This document shows, one piece after another, positions 58,987 through 64,000 of a stretch of 64,000 bases of DNA (within the stretch, counting starts at the first letter, position 1; every line of letters begins with the position of its first letter). A program made the position numbers and the translations under genes. Under the pieces are notes generated by a model that saw nothing but the letters and a program-made list of their open reading frames with translations, did no database searches and had not been told where the DNA came from. The DNA is from an uncultured Candidatus Saccharibacteria bacterium (lineage in GTDB: Bacteria > Patescibacteriota > WWE3 > 2-01-FULL-39-13), in contig OZ246395.1 in the NCBI GenBank assembly GCA_965230915.1, forward strand, positions 204,019 to 268,018, read 5' to 3'.

Positions 58987-59745
58987 TTATTCGACCATTT
59001 GAAGGATTTTATTAATATCGCTTAGCTGTTTTTCCATATCTTTAAATTGTGCCTCATCGATATTTTCGGAATGTTTGCTTGGGTCAAAATTGTCATAGAC
59101 ATGAAGTTTTCGTAAAACGGCTTCGGCGTCTTCGTGGTTTTCTAAAACTCCCCGCTCTTTATACATTTCTAGTTCCAATAAACGACGTGTAGTGGATTTT
59201 AATGCATCTATTCCATTTAAGACCTCGAATTTTCGATCGGCTGCAAAGCTTGTTTTAACTTTTCCGGAAGAATTTATTGTAATTGTGTGTTTTTCAGCGA
59301 CATCATTTGGAGCAGGACGGGTTTCGTCATCATCTAAACCATCTTCTTCGTATAAATCTTCTTCGATATTCAAAAATCTTTTGACTTCAATTAAAACAAA
59401 TGGGTTATTAGCCTGATCGTATTTTCGTAAAGCGCTTATAACAACTTCGTCTTCAGAAGAAGCATCATTCAAATGATCAGCAATAGTACCCTGATCCCAG
59501 TCTTTGCCGGTTACAAAAATTCGTAAAGATCCATCTTCACGTCGAAGAGCTTCACAATTACTAAAATGATCAGAATGTGCGAATTCTTCAATATCATTTA
59601 ATAAGCTTGTAACTTCGGTTTTGCTTTTTTTAGGTGGAGTCGCCCTAGTCATATTGGAAACAAGCGATTGTACCGAGCTTGCAACATTCGATATATTGCC
59701 CTGAATAGGTTGTGAGGAAATTAGTGAGCTGACAGACGAACTCAT
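58987..59745 (-). CDS. Hypothetical protein (252 aa) with a Ser-rich N-terminus and an acidic middle.
   Basis: ORF only. Confidence 0.5.
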   Translation of the reverse strand: MSSSVSSLISSQPIQGNISNVASSVQSLVSNMTRATPPKKSKTEVTSLLNDIEEFAHSDHFSNCEALRREDGSLRIFVTGKDWDQGTIADHLNDASSEDEVVISALRKYDQANNPFVLIEVKRFLNIEEDLYEEDGLDDDETRPAPNDVAEKHTITINSSGKVKTSFAADRKFEVLNGIDALKSTTRRLLELEMYKERGVLENHEDAEAVLRKLHVYDNFDPSKHSENIDEAQFKDMEKQLSDINKILQMVE

Positions 59746-59819
59746 GTACTAAATTTTAAATTGTTAACGTTAGTTTGCAAATGCTTGATTTATCCTTTGT
59801 TTAAGCTGATAATTTGCAT

Positions 59820-60542
59820 ATGCAAACAAATAAATCTTTTTCAGTTTCTGAGGCACTTAGATCGGGGTGGGAGATGTTTAAAAAGAATCCATTATTTTGG
59901 ATGGGCGTTACAGGTGTAGTAATGTTCTTCTCTTTTTTATCAGCTTCTCCAAGCTTTGTGTATCAAATGTCAGTAGGGGATTTTGAGGCAGAGATACCTC
60001 CACTTATTAATATATTGGGCTTTTTACTCTCTTTTGTATCATTGGGTATTCAGCTAGGACTGTTAGTTTTATTGATTAACGCACATCGGGGAAGAGAGCA
60101 AAATTTTTCTATTTTATTCAGTAAATTTCAGATTGTCCCACTTATAAAATTCTGGGTAGCATCTTTACTGTATGGCCTAATGGTTGTAATCGGAGTTTTA
60201 TTACTAATTGTTCCAGGAATTTACTTTGGAATTAAGTATCAATATTTCGCATATTTTATAGCGGAAAAGGACGCTGGAATTATAGAATCATTCAAGTTAA
60301 GTGGAGATTTAACTAAGGGCATAAAATCTTCACTATTTGGATTAGCAATTGTTTCAATATTAATTGCATTAGTAGGGGCCTTTATAAGCTTTGGACTAGC
60401 ACTTTTTATAATAGGACCAATAATAAACTTAGCGACTACTTATGTCTATTGTAAATTCAGCGGGTCAAATGAAGCATCGCCTGCTTCAGAAATGCCAAGA
60501 ATGGCACAATCACCAATGGCTGAAGCACAACCTTTAGCATAA
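59820..60542 (+). CDS. Integral membrane protein, DUF975-like (about 240 aa).
   Basis: N-terminal 'SVSEALRSGWEMFKKNPLFWMGV' followed by multiple TM helices. The track start at 59814 is a TTG, with an ATG two codons later. Confidence 0.5.
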   Translation: MQTNKSFSVSEALRSGWEMFKKNPLFWMGVTGVVMFFSFLSASPSFVYQMSVGDFEAEIPPLINILGFLLSFVSLGIQLGLLVLLINAHRGREQNFSILFSKFQIVPLIKFWVASLLYGLMVVIGVLLLIVPGIYFGIKYQYFAYFIAEKDAGIIESFKLSGDLTKGIKSSLFGLAIVSILIALVGAFISFGLALFIIGPIINLATTYVYCKFSGSNEASPASEMPRMAQSPMAEAQPLA

Positions 60543-60584
60543 CTAAGAATTGCTTTCGGGTAGAGTTTGGGTTAAATTAGCTTG

Positions 60585-61829
60585 ATGAGCGAATCAAATC
60601 AATTAGACAAACCTCTATCCGAAATTTTGCGTCCAAATAAGATCGAAGATTTTATAGGACAAGACCACCTTATAAAAAATAATGGGCCGATTAAAAAGGC
60701 TCTCGATTTAAAATCTGTGTACTCGATGATTTTTTGGGGACCTCCAGGTGTTGGTAAAACAACTTTGGCACGGCTCATTGCAAATTATGTTAATGCCGAT
60801 TTTATTGAAATTTCCCCGACAGTTTCCGGTGTAAAAGATATTAAAGCCGCGGTAGAGAAGGCGAGGACAAATTTAAATATTACCGCCGATGCCGGGTTAT
60901 TTGCCGAGACTTCTACTAAAAAGAAAACAATTTTATTTGTAGACGAAATTCACCGTTTTAATAAAGCACAACAAGATTATTTGCTTCCACATGTCGAAAG
61001 CGGATTAATAACTTTAATCGGAGCAACAACCGAAAATCCATCATTTGAAGTTGTTTCGCCGTTATTATCACGTACACGAGTTTATGTTTTTAAGTCTTTA
61101 GCCAAAGAGGATATTTTAAGAGTTATAGATCGCGCGCTTGAATATCTAAAAGATGTAGAGCTAACTGAAAAAGCCCGAGACTATTTAGCTGAAATTTCTA
61201 ACGGAGATGCACGCGCTGTTCTAAATGCATTAAATGCGATTGCAACCATTGGCTTAAAGAAGGTCGATGTACCCGATTTAGAAAATGTTCTACAGACAAA
61301 ATTAAATCGATACGATAAAGGGGGAGAAGAGCATTACAACACAATTAGCGCGTTTATAAAAAGTATGCGTGCATCGCAACCCGATTCAGCTCTATATTAT
61401 TTAGCTCGAATGGTTGACGCAGGAGAGGATCCTAAATTTATTGCACGCCGAATGGTAATTTTTGCTTCAGAAGATATCGGAATGGCTGACCCGCAAGCAC
61501 TACAGGTGGCTAATGCGGTTTTTCGGGCTTGTGAAACAATTGGTTATCCAGAAGCTCAGATAAATTTGGCACACGGAACAGTTTATTTGGCAACAGCGCC
61601 GAAAAACCGCGCTGCATACGACGCATATTTTGAAGCGCTCGAAGACGTCAAAAAACTTGGCAACCTAGATATTCCACTTCATGTCAGAAATGCTCCAACA
61701 AAATTAATGAAAAATTTGGGATATGGAAAAAACTACGAAATGTATCCAGACCAGAATAAATCCAATTTGCCAGATGAAATAAAAGGCAAGAAATATTACT
61801 ATAAAGATATAGATGGAAAAACAAATTGA
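60585..61829 (+). CDS. rarA: Replication-associated recombination protein A (RarA/MgsA), an AAA+ ATPase.
   Basis: 'SMIFWGPPGVGKTTLARLIAN' Walker A, 'ILFVDEIHRFNKAQQDYLLPHVESGLITLIGATTENP' Walker B / sensor, and the C-terminal MgsA helical domain. Confidence 0.85.
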   Translation: MSESNQLDKPLSEILRPNKIEDFIGQDHLIKNNGPIKKALDLKSVYSMIFWGPPGVGKTTLARLIANYVNADFIEISPTVSGVKDIKAAVEKARTNLNITADAGLFAETSTKKKTILFVDEIHRFNKAQQDYLLPHVESGLITLIGATTENPSFEVVSPLLSRTRVYVFKSLAKEDILRVIDRALEYLKDVELTEKARDYLAEISNGDARAVLNALNAIATIGLKKVDVPDLENVLQTKLNRYDKGGEEHYNTISAFIKSMRASQPDSALYYLARMVDAGEDPKFIARRMVIFASEDIGMADPQALQVANAVFRACETIGYPEAQINLAHGTVYLATAPKNRAAYDAYFEALEDVKKLGNLDIPLHVRNAPTKLMKNLGYGKNYEMYPDQNKSNLPDEIKGKKYYYKDIDGKTN

Positions 61830-63018
61830 AATTTGGCTAAAAAGGGGAGTTATAACAGCCGATCAAGCTGCAGTAATGACTCAGGATTTAAAAAATTCAA
61901 AAAAACTTAATGCCCAAAATCGTTTTGTTATTGTCGTTTCGATAATTGGTGCTGCACTTTTAGGGATTGGAGCGATTCTTTTTATCGCGGCGAATTGGGA
62001 ATACATGACCCCGACTTCAAAAGTTTTAATTTTATCTCTCTCAACTGTTGGTATTTATTTGCTAGGCTATTATTTTAGATACGAAAAGAGAAATCTTCCT
62101 AATGTTGGTTCTTCATTGTTGTTCCTATCGGCTCTATTATTGGGTGCTTCGATCTTTCTGGTTGCACAAATCTATAATTATAACGCTAATGCTCACTATA
62201 TTATTTTAATTTGGTTGCTTTTACTCCTGCCATTTTTATATACCATTCGAACTTATATGGTTTCGACATTAGTCACGATAATCTTTTACGTTTGGCTGTT
62301 TGTTTTTTTACAGAATGGTTTTTTGTATGACACTGTTAAATATGAGGAGGGTCTTAAGATTCTATCTTTATATTTATTTAGCGCGGTTTCTTTAGTGTCA
62401 TTTGGAACTCTGCATCAGATAGTTCCATCTTTGCATAAAGTTGGACGTGCGATGAAATGGATAAGTATTGAAGTTGCAATGATTGCCTTATTCTATTTTT
62501 CATTTGATCAAACAGATAATTTTAAACGCGTATATTACTACGATTATAATGTGAATCCTGAAGCCTTAGCGTTTTTGCAAACAATCTACTTGATATTTGC
62601 AATTATGGCCGTGGGTTTAGCTTGTTTAGCTTGGCTTGCAATAAAAAACCACAAAACTCGAATGTATGAATTTTCAGCAATAATTTTAACGGTATTTTTA
62701 ACAATGCTTTTTATATCGCATCTAGAAATGGCGACAATTTTCGCGATTATTTATAATTTTTTGATTTTTGGAATTTGCTTGGCGTTAATTTATACGGGTT
62801 ATCAGCGCGAAGATATAAAAACAGTAAACCTAGGAGTTTTTTGGGTTTGTATTTTAGTTGCGGTCAGATATTTCGATTATTTTTGGGAACTTATGGATCG
62901 TTCAATTTTCTTCTTAATAGGGGGAACTGTTTTGATTGTTGGAGCAATATTTTTAGAAAGAGGACGTAGAAATTTGAAAGAAAAGTTTAGTTTGAATCAT
63001 ACGCAAAACAATGGATAA
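61813..63018 (+). CDS. DUF2157-like polytopic membrane protein.
   Basis: Soluble N-terminus 'IEIWLKRGVITADQAAVMTQDL' followed by about 10 TM helices, an architecture typical of DUF2157. The next gene is GDYXXLXY-type, the usual partner. Confidence 0.55.
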   Translation: MEKQIEIWLKRGVITADQAAVMTQDLKNSKKLNAQNRFVIVVSIIGAALLGIGAILFIAANWEYMTPTSKVLILSLSTVGIYLLGYYFRYEKRNLPNVGSSLLFLSALLLGASIFLVAQIYNYNANAHYIILIWLLLLLPFLYTIRTYMVSTLVTIIFYVWLFVFLQNGFLYDTVKYEEGLKILSLYLFSAVSLVSFGTLHQIVPSLHKVGRAMKWISIEVAMIALFYFSFDQTDNFKRVYYYDYNVNPEALAFLQTIYLIFAIMAVGLACLAWLAIKNHKTRMYEFSAIILTVFLTMLFISHLEMATIFAIIYNFLIFGICLALIYTGYQREDIKTVNLGVFWVCILVAVRYFDYFWELMDRSIFFLIGGTVLIVGAIFLERGRRNLKEKFSLNHTQNNG

Positions 63019-63562
63019 ACGAAAAATTGCATTTCTGTTAATACCGCTTTTATGGTTTGCGGCGATCTGGGGAACTCTTGCATACGAAGAATACCAGTTA
63101 TCAAACGGGCGCGAAGTGATTTTAAATGTTATACCTGTTGATCCGCGAGATATGTTTAGAGGAGATTACGTAACTCTAAGCTATGAGATTTCTACACTCG
63201 AATACTTCGACTCGGTGACATACGGTACGCCTGGAAGCAACGTAGACGTTGGGGATACGATTTATATTCAATTACTGTCCAACGGAATGATGGCATATTA
63301 TTATGAATATCCAAATTCACCCGCAATATTTACAAAGACCATGCCTACAGCTAAAAATAGAATTGCAGTAAAGGGTGTCGTTAAAGATAAGTACGTAGAC
63401 TCTGACGAAAGGGTCCATTTATCTGTAGATTATGGCATTGAGTCATATTTTGTACCTGAAGGAACCGGCAAGGATATCGAGCGAAGAATCAGAGATGGGA
63501 ATGTTCAGGCGCGTATTATAGTAGATAAATACGGCAATGCTTCTGTCAAATCACTCGAATAA
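63011..63562 (+). CDS. GDYXXLXY-domain protein (DUF4401-like), membrane-anchored.
   Basis: 'DPRDMFRGDYVTLSYEIS' motif after an N-terminal TM anchor. Confidence 0.65.
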   Translation: MDKRKIAFLLIPLLWFAAIWGTLAYEEYQLSNGREVILNVIPVDPRDMFRGDYVTLSYEISTLEYFDSVTYGTPGSNVDVGDTIYIQLLSNGMMAYYYEYPNSPAIFTKTMPTAKNRIAVKGVVKDKYVDSDERVHLSVDYGIESYFVPEGTGKDIERRIRDGNVQARIIVDKYGNASVKSLE

Positions 63563-63587
63563 TTGATAAAATATAGACACGATTTTA

Positions 63588-63949
63588 CGAAGCCCGGCAC
63601 ATTACTGCTACTTTTAGTATGCAGAGGAAAGTCCAGCCAACATAGAGTAGGGTGGGCATGTGAAGGCATGCCATTGGCCGCAAGGTCAAAATAGTGGTCA
63701 GCGAAGAAATTCAAAGACGCGGTTATGGAATTAACCATAATTGAGAGCCATAGAGACGAGCTGTTTCTAAACCGTAAGGCATGAAACAAGCTGGAACGAG
63801 CAATCCTCCCTGTTGCAATCCGCGACTTATCGCCATAGGTTACTCGCCAAGATGCTACGCAAGTAGAAGACGCGATCAAAAGACGGAGCTTAGATAGATT
63901 ATGTGCGCTAGTCCTAGACTAGCAACAGAAGCTGGCTTACAGGGCTTCG
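63588..63949 (+). ncRNA. rnpB: RNase P RNA (bacterial type A-like).
   Basis: P1 pairing CGAAGCCC (63588-63595) with GGGCTTCG (63942-63949). P4 5' strand 'GAGGAAAGTCC' near 63625. 3' conserved 'ACAGAAgCTGGCTTACAGGGC' at 63925-63945. Size is about 360 nt. Confidence 0.75.
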
Positions 63950-64000
63950 TAGAAAAGGTAAAAATTTCTGTATTTGCAAAAATTTAGTCCTCGGTAGAAA

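Noticed and set aside
63505-63879. 124-aa minus-strand ORF at the window end.
   Set aside because: It overlaps the RNase P RNA gene (rnpB) identified from the P1 and P4 signatures.
1-64000. CRISPR arrays, integrases/transposases, reverse transcriptase and toxin-antitoxin pairs.
   Set aside because: I searched by eye for regularly spaced short repeats and for hallmark motifs (DDE, tyrosine-recombinase R..H..R..Y, YxDD) and found none. The only repeats are the two-copy modules reported above.

Overview
Low-GC (~38-40%) bacterial chromosomal window with the streamlined gene content typical of Candidate Phyla Radiation/Patescibacteria; that lineage assignment is inference. Streamlining signs: EF-Ts is the short form, pyrH/uppS/cdsA are missing from the rpsB-tsf-frr-rseP cluster, no rplI follows rpsF-ssb-rpsR, L1 and L31 carry extensions, and tRNAs encode their CCA ends. 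All protein identifications below come from recognising motifs by eye; no database search was run.

Three things dominate the window:

1. **Giant surface-protein locus (1-21113).** Three tandem genes fill about 21 kb: a 5'-truncated >3400-aa repeat protein with an FG-GAP beta-propeller, followed by two paralogous ~1750-aa membrane-anchored proteins with a DUF2341-like domain and multiple LamG (concanavalin-A-like) domains.

2. **Ribosomal-protein backbone.** A secE-nusG-rplK-rplA-[unknown 459-aa gene]-rplJ-rplL cluster lies on the minus strand. The unknown gene sits in the normally invariant rplA/rplJ junction, and no rpoBC follows rplL. Other conserved genes are rpmG/tRNA-Trp, rpmB, dprA-topA, rpsB-tsf-frr-rseP, rpsF-ssb-rpsR, ctpA, htrA-like, prfA, rpmE and rarA.

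3. **Interspersed higher-GC (45-55%) accessory patches.** Each carries a strong Shine-Dalgarno sequence of the GAAGGAGAG type. They include a lone TraD/VirD4-like type-IV coupling ATPase, a GldA/F/G-like ABC exporter, and a sigma70-like promoter driving three paralogous small secreted proteins with a shared YYxC-x5-7-C motif, placed just before tRNA-Ser.

I also identified from sequence: tRNA-Thr(GGU), tRNA-Thr(UGU), tRNA-Trp(CCA) and tRNA-Ser(UGA); RNase P RNA (rnpB) at the 3' end, masked by a spurious ORF in the track; several intrinsic terminators; candidate promoters giving leaderless r-protein mRNAs; and repeat/palindrome modules in two intergenic regions. I saw no CRISPR array, integrase, transposase or reverse transcriptase.
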